Shown: positions 20,932 through 31,400 of the stretch, one piece after another | How positions within the stretch are numbered: the first letter of the stretch is position 1 | Layout of the letters: every line of letters starts with the position of its first letter | Assembly (NCBI GenBank): GCA_021783235.1 | Contig: JAJXUD010000007.1 | Span: forward strand, 10,025-74,024 | Length of the DNA: 64,000 nucleotides | Direction of reading: 5' to 3' | Source of the DNA: Myxococcales bacterium | GTDB taxonomy: Bacteria > Myxococcota > Myxococcia > Myxococcales > JAKAPL01 | The notes under the pieces: generated by a model | The model's input: only the letters and a program-made list of their open reading frames with translations | The model's database searches: none | Told to the model about the DNA's origin: nothing | Program-made: the position numbers and the translations under genes

Positions 20932-23900
20932 ATGACCAGCGCCCTTCGTCTCGGCCGAGTCGTCGCGGCCGTCGCCGTTTTCGGGCTCGGCCTCTCCGCC
21001 TGCTGCAAGAAGGGCGGCAGCGGGATTCAGAGCTCCTCCGGCGAGCCGCAGATCCAGACGGGCGGCGGCGTCAGCTCCAGTTCGCCATCGCAGGCGACGG
21101 TCGACTTCGGCGACGTGCCGGTCGGCCAGAAGACGACTCTGACGCTGAAGCTCTCGAACGTCGGCATCGCGTCGCTGAACATCCTGAAGGTCGAGGTCAC
21201 GAAGCCGGATCCCGAGTTCACGGTGGACGTGCAGGAGGGGGCGCAGGTGGGCAGCGAGCCGCTCGCGATCCCGATCCGCTTCCTGCCGTTCACGACGGGG
21301 CCGAAGACCGCGACGGTCGTGCTGCAGACGGACTCGGCCGACGTCCCGACGGTGACCTTGAATCTGTCGGGGACGGGCGTGAAGCTGGCGCTCTCGGTGG
21401 TGCCCGAGGCCATCGACTTCGGCAAGGTGGTGGTCCAGACGACGGCGACGCAGAGCATCGCCATCACGAACGCCTCGGGGGTCTCGTTGACCTTGACCCT
21501 CTCGGCGCTCCAGGGGGCGCAGGCGCCGCTCTTCGCGCTGGGGTCGCTCGCCGCGACGACGATCGCGCCGAGCCAGACGGTGCAGCTTCAGGTCAGCTAC
21601 TCGCCGGTGGTGAAGGGGCCGGTGCCCGATACCGCCTACTTCACGCTGGGCTACTGCACCGGCTGCAACCCGCTGACGGTGAACCTCCGGGGCGAGCCGG
21701 TGGACACCGGGCTTTCGGTGAGTCCGATGCCCTTGGACTTCGGCTTCGTGCAGCTGGGCGGCGCGGTCTCGAAGATCATCAAGCTGCAGAACGTCGCGAA
21801 CCGTTCGATCCATCTGACCAACACGCCGCTGCTCGACACCGGCCACCCGGCGGCGGCCTTCGCCTTTGGATCGGCGATGCCGGCGTTCCCCGCGGTGATT
21901 CCCGCGAACGGCGAGGTGGACGTGCCGGTGGTCTTCACGCCGCCGGGGCTCGCCGAGTTCAAGGGGAGCGTCGTCTTCACGAGCGACGATCCGCAGGCGA
22001 GCCAGGTCACGGTGAACCTGGACGGCTTCGGTGGCGGGGCGCAGATCTCCTGCCTGCCGTCGAGCGTCGCGTTCGGCCAGTCGCCGATCGGAGTCGGGGT
22101 CACGCAGCGGGTCCAGTGCACGAACGTCGGCCAGGACGTGCCGGGTCACCCCGAGGGGAACCTCCAGCTCAGCTCGCTCGCGGTGCCGGACGACAAGGCG
22201 TTCTCGGCCCATTTCGACGCGCCGTTTCCGACGGCGGGGCTGCAGGCTGGGCAGAGCGCGGTCATCGACGTCGTCTACGCGGCCGTGACGAGCGCCGGCG
22301 ACCTCGGCCACCTGCACATCGGGAGCAACGACACCACGACTCCCGATACGGTGGTGCCGCTCTCGGGCACGGGTGTGAACCTGCCGCCGTGCGACTTCGC
22401 GATCGTCCCGGCCGCCGGCGTGGACTTCGGCCACGTCGACAAGGGCAACTCCGGGCAGCTCCAGTTCGCGATCCAGAACCAGGGGGCGAGTGACTGCCTC
22501 GTGGACGGCCTCTCGCTCGCGCCGAGCTCCGACCCGTCCTTCTCGCTGCCGAGCGGGCCCATCGCGTCGCAGGTCGTGAGCTACAAGGGCAACCCCGCGG
22601 GCGCCCCGGCGGAGCTCGACGTCACGGTCCAGTTCGCCCCGACCGGCTACGGCAACTTCTCGGGCGACGCCGTCTTCACGATCTCGGATCCGTCCTCGCC
22701 GCAGCAGGACGTCCACCTGACGGGGACCAGCGAGCCGGGGTGCCTGCTCATCGCCCCGAACGACCTCGACTTCGGCGTCGTCGGCGTGAACCCGGCCACG
22801 GGGGCCTGGTGCTCGTCCGTCAAGCGAAACTTCGAGGTCTACAACACCTGCAACTACGACGTGCACCTGACCGGCATCACCCTGAACCCGGGCATCGGGA
22901 GCACCGACTTCGTCCTCTCCGGCCAGCCCGCGAGCTACCCGGTGGATCTCCCGCCGGGATCGAACCCGGTGACGTTCCAGGTGGCCTTCCACCCGGACAG
23001 CCAGGGGCAGAAGCTCGGCTCGCTCGGCATCACGACGAAGGAGCTGCCGACGGCGCCCTACCTCGTGACCTTCCACGGCGACGCCGAGGTCAACGCGACG
23101 CAGACCGACACGTTCACGCAGTCGAGCCAGCCGCAGGTCGACATCCTCTGGGTGGTCGACAACGACGACAACCAGCAGGTCCAGCAGCTCGTCGCCCAGA
23201 ACCTCCCGTCGTTCATGCAGTACGCTCTCTCGGCTGGCATCGACTTCCACATGGCCGTGACGGCGACGGACGTCTGCCAGACGGGCACCTCCGACGACGG
23301 CTGGTTCGACCCGTGCAGCCACTGCGCCGAGATGGGCAGCAACGCGACCATCGTCACCCCGCAGACGCAGCCGGATCCGACCTCGGTCCTCCAGAACCTG
23401 ATCCAGGTGGGGCAGAGCGGGGGCTGCGACGACCCGCTCTTCGAGCCGGCCTACGAGGCGCTCCAGCCGTCCCTCCTCTCCGGCCACAACTCGGGCTTCC
23501 TGCGGCCGAACGCCTACCTCGCGGTCATCGGCATCTCGGACGGCGACGACAACAGCCAGCAGAGCGTCCAGTTCTATTACAACTTCTTCGAGAGCGTGAA
23601 GGGCTTCCGCAACGCGAGCATGTTCTCGTTCTCGGCGGTCAACGAGCTCCCCACCGACTCGGCGGGCGGCTGCTCGAACGGCCTGGCCTATGACGACGAC
23701 CCCTCGCAGGTCACGCGCGTCCCGCAGATGGTCCAGATGACCGGCGGGCTGAACGTCGACATCTGCACGAGCGACTGGGGCTCCTCGCTCCAGCAGCTCG
23801 GCAACATCGCCTTCGGCGCCCGGACGAGCTTCCCCTTGACCGCCCAGCCGGCCGACCCGACGAAGATCACGGTCACCCTGAACGGCCAGCCGCTGCCGCC

Positions 23901-24027
23901 GACGGGGCCGAACAACGCGCCCGAGTGGCACTACGATCCGACGCAGAACGCGCTGGTCTTCGACCCACTCGCGGCTCCGCAGCCGGGCGATCAGATCACC
24001 GTCACTTACACGGTCGCCTGCAATTGA
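20932..24027 (+). CDS. Large lipoprotein: six ASH/choice-of-anchor-D-like modules plus a C-terminal vWA-like domain with a degenerate MIDAS (paralog of 12766..15723)
   Basis: Lipobox GLGLSAC. Six x-DFG-x-V modules. VDILWVVDNDDNQQ (DNDDN at 23158..23172) replaces DxSxS. Same C-terminal architecture, ending ...VTYTVACN. Confidence 0.85.
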   Translation: MTSALRLGRVVAAVAVFGLGLSACCKKGGSGIQSSSGEPQIQTGGGVSSSSPSQATVDFGDVPVGQKTTLTLKLSNVGIASLNILKVEVTKPDPEFTVDVQEGAQVGSEPLAIPIRFLPFTTGPKTATVVLQTDSADVPTVTLNLSGTGVKLALSVVPEAIDFGKVVVQTTATQSIAITNASGVSLTLTLSALQGAQAPLFALGSLAATTIAPSQTVQLQVSYSPVVKGPVPDTAYFTLGYCTGCNPLTVNLRGEPVDTGLSVSPMPLDFGFVQLGGAVSKIIKLQNVANRSIHLTNTPLLDTGHPAAAFAFGSAMPAFPAVIPANGEVDVPVVFTPPGLAEFKGSVVFTSDDPQASQVTVNLDGFGGGAQISCLPSSVAFGQSPIGVGVTQRVQCTNVGQDVPGHPEGNLQLSSLAVPDDKAFSAHFDAPFPTAGLQAGQSAVIDVVYAAVTSAGDLGHLHIGSNDTTTPDTVVPLSGTGVNLPPCDFAIVPAAGVDFGHVDKGNSGQLQFAIQNQGASDCLVDGLSLAPSSDPSFSLPSGPIASQVVSYKGNPAGAPAELDVTVQFAPTGYGNFSGDAVFTISDPSSPQQDVHLTGTSEPGCLLIAPNDLDFGVVGVNPATGAWCSSVKRNFEVYNTCNYDVHLTGITLNPGIGSTDFVLSGQPASYPVDLPPGSNPVTFQVAFHPDSQGQKLGSLGITTKELPTAPYLVTFHGDAEVNATQTDTFTQSSQPQVDILWVVDNDDNQQVQQLVAQNLPSFMQYALSAGIDFHMAVTATDVCQTGTSDDGWFDPCSHCAEMGSNATIVTPQTQPDPTSVLQNLIQVGQSGGCDDPLFEPAYEALQPSLLSGHNSGFLRPNAYLAVIGISDGDDNSQQSVQFYYNFFESVKGFRNASMFSFSAVNELPTDSAGGCSNGLAYDDDPSQVTRVPQMVQMTGGLNVDICTSDWGSSLQQLGNIAFGARTSFPLTAQPADPTKITVTLNGQPLPPTGPNNAPEWHYDPTQNALVFDPLAAPQPGDQITVTYTVACN

Positions 24028-24065
24028 CGCGGCGTTTCGGAGCGACGCGAGGGCGGGAGGAACGC

Positions 24066-25448
24066 TTGAATCGGTCGGCTCGCATTCTCTTCACGGCGGC
24101 GATCGCCCTCGCGGCGGCGCTCGGCGACTCCTGCTCCTGCGGCAACCGCTGCGCCGGTGTCTCGTGCGCCACGGGCGAGGCCTGCGACCCGGCCGACGGC
24201 CAGTGCAAGTGCGGCGGCGCCCAGGGATCGGGCAACGGGACGGGGGGCGTCGTCTGCGGCAGCGGCGAGAAGTGCGACCCGAATCTCCAGGCATGCGTCT
24301 CGAGCCTCTGCGACGCGGTGAGCTGCTCGAACGGCAACGGCTGTGACCCCGCCGACGGCAAGTGCAAGTGCGGCGGCGTGGTCTGCGCGCCGGACGAGCT
24401 CTGCGACCAGTCGACCCACGACTGCCAGGGGACGGCGGCCTGCGCGGGCGTGCTCTGCCCGGGAGGGACCTCCTGCGACCCGCTCGACGGCCTCTGCAAG
24501 TGCGGCGTCTCCGTCTGCGACGGAGGCGAGATCTGCGCCGACGCCGGCTGCGTCGCCGACCCGTGCTTCGGGGTCTTTTGCCCGGGGAGCCTCGACGGCG
24601 GCGGAGGCAACTCCTGCTTCGGCGGCCTCTGCCATTGCGGCGGCCCGGACGGCCCCATCTGCGACACGGGCCAGAGCTGCGCCACCGCGTCGAAGAGCTG
24701 CCAGCCGAGCGAGCTTTGCCAGGGCGTCTCCTGCGAGCCCGGCGCCATCTGCGGGCCCGCCGACGGCCTCTGCCACTGCGGGGGAGTCTCGGGACCGGTC
24801 TGCGGCGGCGGGGCGACCTGCGTCCTCTACGGGCTCGACGCTGGTCCGCCGTTGCCGGCGGACGCGGGTCTTCCCGACGGCGGGATCGTGGGCCGCTGCC
24901 TCGGCGGCAACCTCTGCGCCGGCGTCGCCTGCCCGGAAGGCGAGAGCTGCGATCCGACGAGCGGCGCCTGCCTCTGCGGAGCCACCTCGGGGAGCTCCGG
25001 CTTCGCGTGCGGTCCGGGCCAGATCTGCGAGAGCCTCCCGGGCTGGAGCGGTCCGGGCTGTCTGACGCCCTGCGACCCGTACGCGCAGCCGCCCTTTCAG
25101 AACGTGCCGTCGTGCCCGAAGGCGGACGGTGGGGCCCCGGACGCGGCGGCGCCGGAGGCCTGCTACCTCGAGCCGGACGCGAGCGTGGTGATCTGCGAGC
25201 GCTCGGGTCCCGGCACCGACGGAGCGCCGTGCGGCATCCAGTCCGACTGTGCGCCGGGCTTCGGCTGCTTCCCCCCGCCGGCCGACGCGGGAACGAGCGC
25301 CCTGCAGTGCTGGGCCTTCTGCGACAGCTTCGACGGAGGGATTCACACCTGCCTCGGCTTCGGCCGACAGTGCGTGGGAGAGGCCGAGATCGCCCAGGAC
25401 GGCGGCCTCGTCCAGGTCGGCGCCTGCTTCCCCGCGAGCCAGCCCTAG
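24066..25448 (+). CDS. Secreted protein made of tandem Cys-rich repeats
   Basis: GGGAGG lies 5 nt upstream of TTG 24066. Signal peptide (M)NRSARILFTAAIALAAALG. About six units of C-x-GV-x-C-x-x-G-x-x-C-D-P-x-D-G-x-C-K/H-C-G-G. The track ORF's earlier start (23925) overlaps the upstream gene. Confidence 0.75.
   Translation: MNRSARILFTAAIALAAALGDSCSCGNRCAGVSCATGEACDPADGQCKCGGAQGSGNGTGGVVCGSGEKCDPNLQACVSSLCDAVSCSNGNGCDPADGKCKCGGVVCAPDELCDQSTHDCQGTAACAGVLCPGGTSCDPLDGLCKCGVSVCDGGEICADAGCVADPCFGVFCPGSLDGGGGNSCFGGLCHCGGPDGPICDTGQSCATASKSCQPSELCQGVSCEPGAICGPADGLCHCGGVSGPVCGGGATCVLYGLDAGPPLPADAGLPDGGIVGRCLGGNLCAGVACPEGESCDPTSGACLCGATSGSSGFACGPGQICESLPGWSGPGCLTPCDPYAQPPFQNVPSCPKADGGAPDAAAPEACYLEPDASVVICERSGPGTDGAPCGIQSDCAPGFGCFPPPADAGTSALQCWAFCDSFDGGIHTCLGFGRQCVGEAEIAQDGGLVQVGACFPASQP
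24150..25075 (+). repeat. Protein-level tandem array of about 45-aa Cys-rich units
   Basis: CAGVSCATGEACDPADGQCKCGG / CDAVSCSNGNGCDPADGKCKCGG / CAGVLCPGGTSCDPLDGLCKCG / CQGVSCEPGAICGPADGLCHCGG / CAGVACPEGESCDPTSGACLCG. Confidence 0.7.
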
Positions 25449-25457
25449 GAGTCGCCC

Positions 25458-28400
25458 GTGAGAACGCTCAGCTCGATCCCGATCCTGGCCCTGGCCCTCG
25501 CGGCGACGCCGGCCCTCGCGCAGGACGGGGGCGTGCCCGCCTACCCGGTCCTCGTCTCGAGTGGGAGCTACGCGCCGCTCGGTGACGCGGGCAGCCCGGT
25601 CCCCGGCGTCACCGGCACCCAGAACGGCGTCGGCACGATCTCGCTCAGCGGCTGGCAGTTTCCCTACTTCGGCCAGCAGTTCTCGCAGATCACGGTCACC
25701 ACCGACGGCTACCTCATCGTCGGCGACGGGTCGGAGTGCGGCTGCACGGCTGCCGCGGGCGGCATGGCCGCGGGCTGCGCCGATCCGATGACCTACTGCG
25801 ACCCGTCGTTCGGTGCGCCCTGCAGCGGCCCCGGCTCCGGCTGCTGCTCGCTGCCGGCCTACCAGAGCTCGTGCCAGGGCGGCAATTTTCCGAGCTGCGG
25901 CGGCGGCTGTTGCACGAACTGTCTCGTGACGCCGCCGTCGAACGCCGGCCCCGATCCCGCCGCCGTCGGCACCATCGCGGGCTGGTGGGAGCAGCTCGAC
26001 GACAGCGCGGCGAAGGGGATCAGCTACGCCCAGGGTGGCGCCGACGGCGGCCACTTCCTCACGGTCGATTACCATGGCGTTCCCGCCCTCAACACCGGCT
26101 TCAGCGGCTGGAACGTCTACGACTTCCAGATCACGCTCGACGAGTCCGGGCTCGTGCAGGTGACCTACGGTCAGACCTTCGCGGGCGACGCCGGGGTCGA
26201 TTCGAGCAGCGCCTGGGCGAGCCTCGAGGGCTACGACGGGGGCCAGTGGGTGCCCGGACTCGGCTGCGACGTCGACGGCGGGAGCCTGATCTCTGGCGCC
26301 TTCTCCTACAGCGGCTGCACCGCCGCGAACTGGCCGACGGACACGACCGTCTCCTATGGCTCCCCCGCCGGCGTCTTCCTCACGCCCTCGTCGGTTCAGA
26401 TCCAGGGGCTCTCGCTCGACGGAGGCTTGACCATCGACGTCACCACCGTCGCTTCGGACTTCGGGCGGACCGCCATCGGCTCGTCGTTCGACTACTCGGT
26501 CTATCTCGTCCAGCAGCCCGAGCCCGCGACGGCGCTCGCCGCCTGTCCGGGCGGCGCCGGCTGCCTCGGCGGCTTCACCGCGTCGGGCGGCGTGCCCGCG
26601 CAGGGCAGCGCGACCTTGGACACGGGTCCCATCACGATCCCGATCCCGGCACAGCAGGGCAGCTACTACGTCGAGGTCTGGCTCGACCCCACGAACTCGA
26701 CCGGCAGCGTGCAGCCGAGCGCGCTGGTGGGAGTCTCGTCGCCGCTCGCCCTCGGCATCGACCTGACCGGCGCGGTCGGCGCGCTACCCGCCGCCGTCCC
26801 CGCGAACGGCAGCTTCCAGCTTCCGATCACGCTGGAGAACCTCGGGCTCTTGCCTTCGGGGACGTTCCACTACCAGCTCTGGCTCACCCAGGCGAACACC
26901 GGAATCGACCCCCAGACCGACCTGCTCGTCGAGGACGCGACGGCGAGTCTCGTGGGCGGTCAGACCGTGACGAAGACGGACACTGCCACAACGAACAACG
27001 CGGCCCAAGGGCAGTACTACCTTGCCCTCACGATCGATCCGGCCCACCAGCTGGGCGACATCGATTACGGCAACAACGTCGTCTTCTCGGCCACCACGGC
27101 GAGCGTCACGCCAGCCCACCTCAAGGTGACCGCGGTCGGCGCGCCGGCGGAGGCGTTCCCCGACTTCCCGACGCACGTCTCCTACACGATCGAGAACGAC
27201 GGCGACGACATCGCCGCGGGCTTCGCCATCGGGCTCGTCATCCATCCCCAGTCGAAGGGGACGACCTTCACCCTGAACGACCCGCGGCTGCTCGAACTCG
27301 ACGGCGTCACCATCGCTCCGAAGTGCACCGTCCAGGCCGAGGACGGCGTCATCCTCCAGGCGACGCCCGCGGGCTGCGCGACCTTCCCCTCTCCCGCCGT
27401 GACCGAGAGCAAGGTGCCGGCGACGATGTACGGGGCGGCGACGGCGCCGGGAAACTACCTCGTGGGCGTCATCGCCGATCTCTACAGCCAGGTGAACGAG
27501 GCTCGCAACGCCAACCGCATGGGCGCGCCAAACGTCACGGTCGTCCAGGCGCCGGCGCCCGACCTCGCGGTGGGCCTCGGCGATCTCACCGCGCCGCCAG
27601 CGGCCTCGGCGGGCGACCGGATCTGGGTCGACCGATCGATCCACAACCTCGGCATCGCGACGGGTAGCGCGCCCTACGGCTACTTTCTTTCCGATACGGG
27701 CGAGGCGAACGCGGGCGGCGTGCCCGTGCCGGTCGTTCTGCCGACGGGCGTGGTCACCTACCGCCCAACGACGCAGACGCTCTCGCCGCCGGGGCAGGGG
27801 ACGAGCGACGACCGGGGCTCGGATCTGCTCGCGCTTCCTTCGGGGCTGTCGCCGGGGAGCTACACCCTCTCTCTCGTCATCGACCCGGACCGGGTGGCGC
27901 CCGATCTCGATCGGACGAACGACACCGTCGCAGCCCCCGAGCCGCTCGCGATCTCGGCGGACGGCCTGCAGCTGCTCGGCGGCAACCTGCCTCCGGCGCT
28001 CGTCCATTCTCCTTACGCCTACCAGCTCGAGATCTCGGGCGCGGCGACCGCTCCCGCCTTCCAACTCGTGGCTGGGGGACTGCCGGCCGGCTTGTCGCTC
28101 TCTGGGTCAGGCCTCGTCTCCGGGACCCCCACGGCCCTCGGCGGCTCGACCTTCGTCGTGCTCGCGACGAGCGGACAGAAGCAGCAGCTCGCCACCTGTG
28201 CGCTGACCGTCGCCCAGCCCTCGGGGCCCCTTGAGGTCGTCGTCAGCGGTTCCGAGCTTCCGCCCGCGACGGTTGGCCGCGCGTACACGCTGCAGCTCGC
28301 CGCCGTCGGAGGCGTCCCGCCCTACGACTGGACGGCCGACGGTCCCATCCCTGGTGGCGGCGACCTCGCGCTCGAGCCGTCTGGCCTCCTCGCCGGAACC

Positions 28401-31400
28401 CCAGCGACGGTCGCCGCGGGCTCGCTCCACGTCACGGTGACGGACCAGGCGGGCAACGTGGTGCAGGCGACCCTGGGGCTGCGGGCGGTGGATCTCGGGA
28501 CGCTCGCGATCACGACCACCCTCATCGGTCCCGCCACCGTGGGCCAGAGCTTCGTCGGGCCGATCGAGGCGACCGAGGGCGACGGGCAGAACCACATCTA
28601 CACCTGGACGCTTCCCCAGGGGCAGGAGCTGCCGCCGGGACTCGAGCTCGTCACCCAGGGGACGCCGGCGCTCGGCCAGCTCTCGGGAACGCCCAGGCTC
28701 GCCGGGTCGTGGCCGTTCCGGGTGGTCGTCACCGACGAGTCCAAGCACGAGGCCACGCGGGAATTCGTACTCGTCGTCAACCCGGCGCCGCTCGACGTCT
28801 CCGCCCAGTCACTGCCGGCGGCGACGCAGGGCAAGCCCTACCAGGTGACGCTCCAGGCGAGCACGAGCGGTCTCGTGACGTTCTCGCTCTTCTCCGGCGA
28901 CCTTCCGCCGGGGCTGTCGGTCGGCACCGACGGGAGCATCGGTGGCACCGTCGACGCCAAGGCCGAGGTCCGGACGTATCCCTTCGCGGTGCTCGCCATC
29001 GATTCGAGCGGCGACCAGGCGCTGTTGCCGCTCTCCATCCAGCTGCTGGCCGCGTCGCCCGCGCCGAGCGGTGGTTGCGGGACGGGCGGCGGTCCCGGGG
29101 GGCTCCTCGCGGTCGGGGCCGCGCTCTGGCTCATCTCGCGCCGGCGGAGAGGCTTCGTCGCGGCGGTGGCCGGGGCGGCGCTGCTGCTCTTCGGCGCGCT
29201 GCCCGCTCGCGCGGCCTTCGGCTACTCCGTGGCCAAGGGCACGACCACCTTCCAGGACATCACCGCGCAGCCCGGCACGGCGGTCCTCTCCCAGTCGCAG
29301 GAGATGAGCCCGACCCAGTACCCCGTGACCCTCCCCTTCCCGTTCAGTTACGGCGGAAGCTCGTTCTCTTCGATGACGGTCTGGAGCAACGGTGCCGTCT
29401 CCTTCGACGCGAACGGCAGCGCCCAGTCGAGCGACGGCTGCGGGGCCTTCCCCTTCTCGAACTGTCCGGGGCTCCAGACCGTGCTCGCGCCGTGGTGGGG
29501 GGACCTGACCGTCTGCTACCAGGCCTCCGTCGCCTGGATGACGACTGGTAGTCCTGGCAACCGGCTGATCACCGTGCAGTGGACCAACCTGAACACGGAC
29601 GACGGCTGCCAGGGCGTCAGCGCCGGGCAGAGTCTCTTCACTTTCCAGCTCCAGCTCCACGAGTCCTCGGGCGCCGTCGACTTCATCTACGGCCCCTCGA
29701 CCCAGGGGCTCTCGAGCTGCCTGTCGGGAAGCTGCTCCTTCGCGGTCGGCATCGAGGATGGCGCGGACGGTCTCGGGGGCCTCGCCTGCAACGCTGCTTG
29801 TCAGGTCACCGACATCCCGGGCGCGGGGACCGCCCTCGTCTTCTCGGAGAGGCCGGATCTGCAGATCGCGCAGCTCACCGCCCCGTCGGCGGTCGAGCAG
29901 GGAGGCGCGATGACGCTTCAGCTCGAGGTTCAGAACGCCGGCGCGGTGGCCGCGAGTCAGGCGACCGGGAGCTTCTTCTACTCGCCGGACGGCGGCAGCT
30001 ACGACCCGACGGCGCCGCTCGGCGGCGTCGGCCCCTTCAACCTCGCGGGCAGCTCCAGCGCGACCCTGCGTCGGACCGTCACCCTGCCCAGCGGCGCCGC
30101 GGTGGGAACGGGCTACGTCGTGGCGGTGGTCCAGGACTCGGGCGATCCCGACCCCATCGGCAAGACCCTTGCGTCGGCCCCGTTCGAGGTGATCCCCGCC
30201 ACTCCGGACCTCATCCCGACCGCCCTCCAGATCCCGAGCGGTGGCGCTCCCGGCGCGACCGTCTCCTTCGCGCCGACCATCGTGAACCAGGGGACGGCGA
30301 CGGCGACGGCGGTCGCCTACGCCTACTACCTCTCGACCGACGCGACGGTCAGCGTCGTCGATCTCCAGGTCGGCGGCGGCACCGTCGCGTCGCTCCCGCC
30401 AGGGCAGACGTTCCAGACGACCGACCAGGTGACTCTCCCCGCCGGGCTCGCGCCCGGAAGCTACACGGTCGGCCTCATCGTGGATCCGGCGGGCGAGAGC
30501 CCGGAGTCCTCCCGTTCGAACGAGACCTTCGTCGCCGGCAGCCGGCTCGCCGTCCAGGCGGGAGCCCTGGCGGTCGCGACCTCCAAGCTGCCCCCCGCCC
30601 AAGTCGGGGCGCCGTACCAGGCGCTGCTCGCGGCCACCGGCGGCGACGGCCACTACCAGTGGAGCGTTGCCTCGGGCAGCTTGCCGAGCGGGCTCTCGCT
30701 CGACGCTCAGCTCGGCGCCATCGCCGGGACCCCCGCCGCCGTAGGCACCTCCCGGCTCACCCTGAAGCTTCAGGACGGAAGCGGCCAGTCGGCGACGATG
30801 CCGCTCGCGATCCAGGTGACGGCGCTCGCGGTCCCGCTCGAGGTCGTGACGACGGTGCTGCCCGGCGGCTCGTTCGGCGTTCCCTACCAGGTCGACCTCG
30901 TGGCCACGGGTGGCGCGCCGCCTTACCTCTGGTCGCTCTCTGCGGGGGGCCGGCCGCCTCCGGGCATCTCGCTCTCTTCGGGCGGCGTCCTCGCGGGAAG
31001 CCCCGCTGCCGACGGCGCATTCGTCTTCCAGGTGGAGGTCCAGGACTCGACCGGGAAGAGCGCGCAGTCGGGACCGCTGGATCTCGAGGTGCTCTCGCCG
31101 GGCCGCGTCAGCGTCGCCGAGGCGGAGCTCGCTCCGGCGACGGTGGGGAAGGCCTACGTGGCCGAGCTCCTCGCGGTGGGAGGCACCCCGACCTACTCCT
31201 GGCAGCTCGTCTCAGACGAGCGGCTGCCGGGTGGCGCCGGTGACACGGGGCAGGATCTCGCCCAGGCCATGCCGCCCGGGCTCGCGCTCGAGACGAACGG
31301 CGCCGTCTCCGGGGTGCCGACCGTCACTGGTCAGTTTGCGCTCACGCTGCAGGTGACCGACTCCTCGACGCCGCCCGACACGGTCACCGACACGGTCGTC

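Noticed and set aside
23925-24065. Upstream start (23925) given by the track for the Cys-repeat protein
   Set aside because: It would overlap the last 103 nt of the preceding gene and add a non-signal-like N-terminus. TTG 24066, with GGGAGG 5 nt upstream, gives a proper signal peptide.
12649-26075. ORFs 12649..15318 (-), 17070..20054 (-), 19453..20766 (+), 20452..23931 (-) and 24006..26075 (-)
   Set aside because: Antisense or off-frame shadows of the surface-island genes, all Arg-rich low complexity. The true frames show lipoboxes, repeats and paralogy.
29166-29168. In-frame GTG as an independent start for the second module of the giant ORF
   Set aside because: It would give [16 protein letters not shown] with no positively charged n-region and no SD upstream. 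The RRRR of the internal tag is needed to make a good signal peptide, so a true fusion seems more likely. It cannot be excluded without data.
28809-30653. ORF 28809..30653 (-) and other shadows inside the giant gene (25736..27667 +, 26784..28064 -, 29579..31243 +)
   Set aside because: Off-frame Arg/Gly/Asp-rich translations. The 2117-aa frame carries the repeats and tags.
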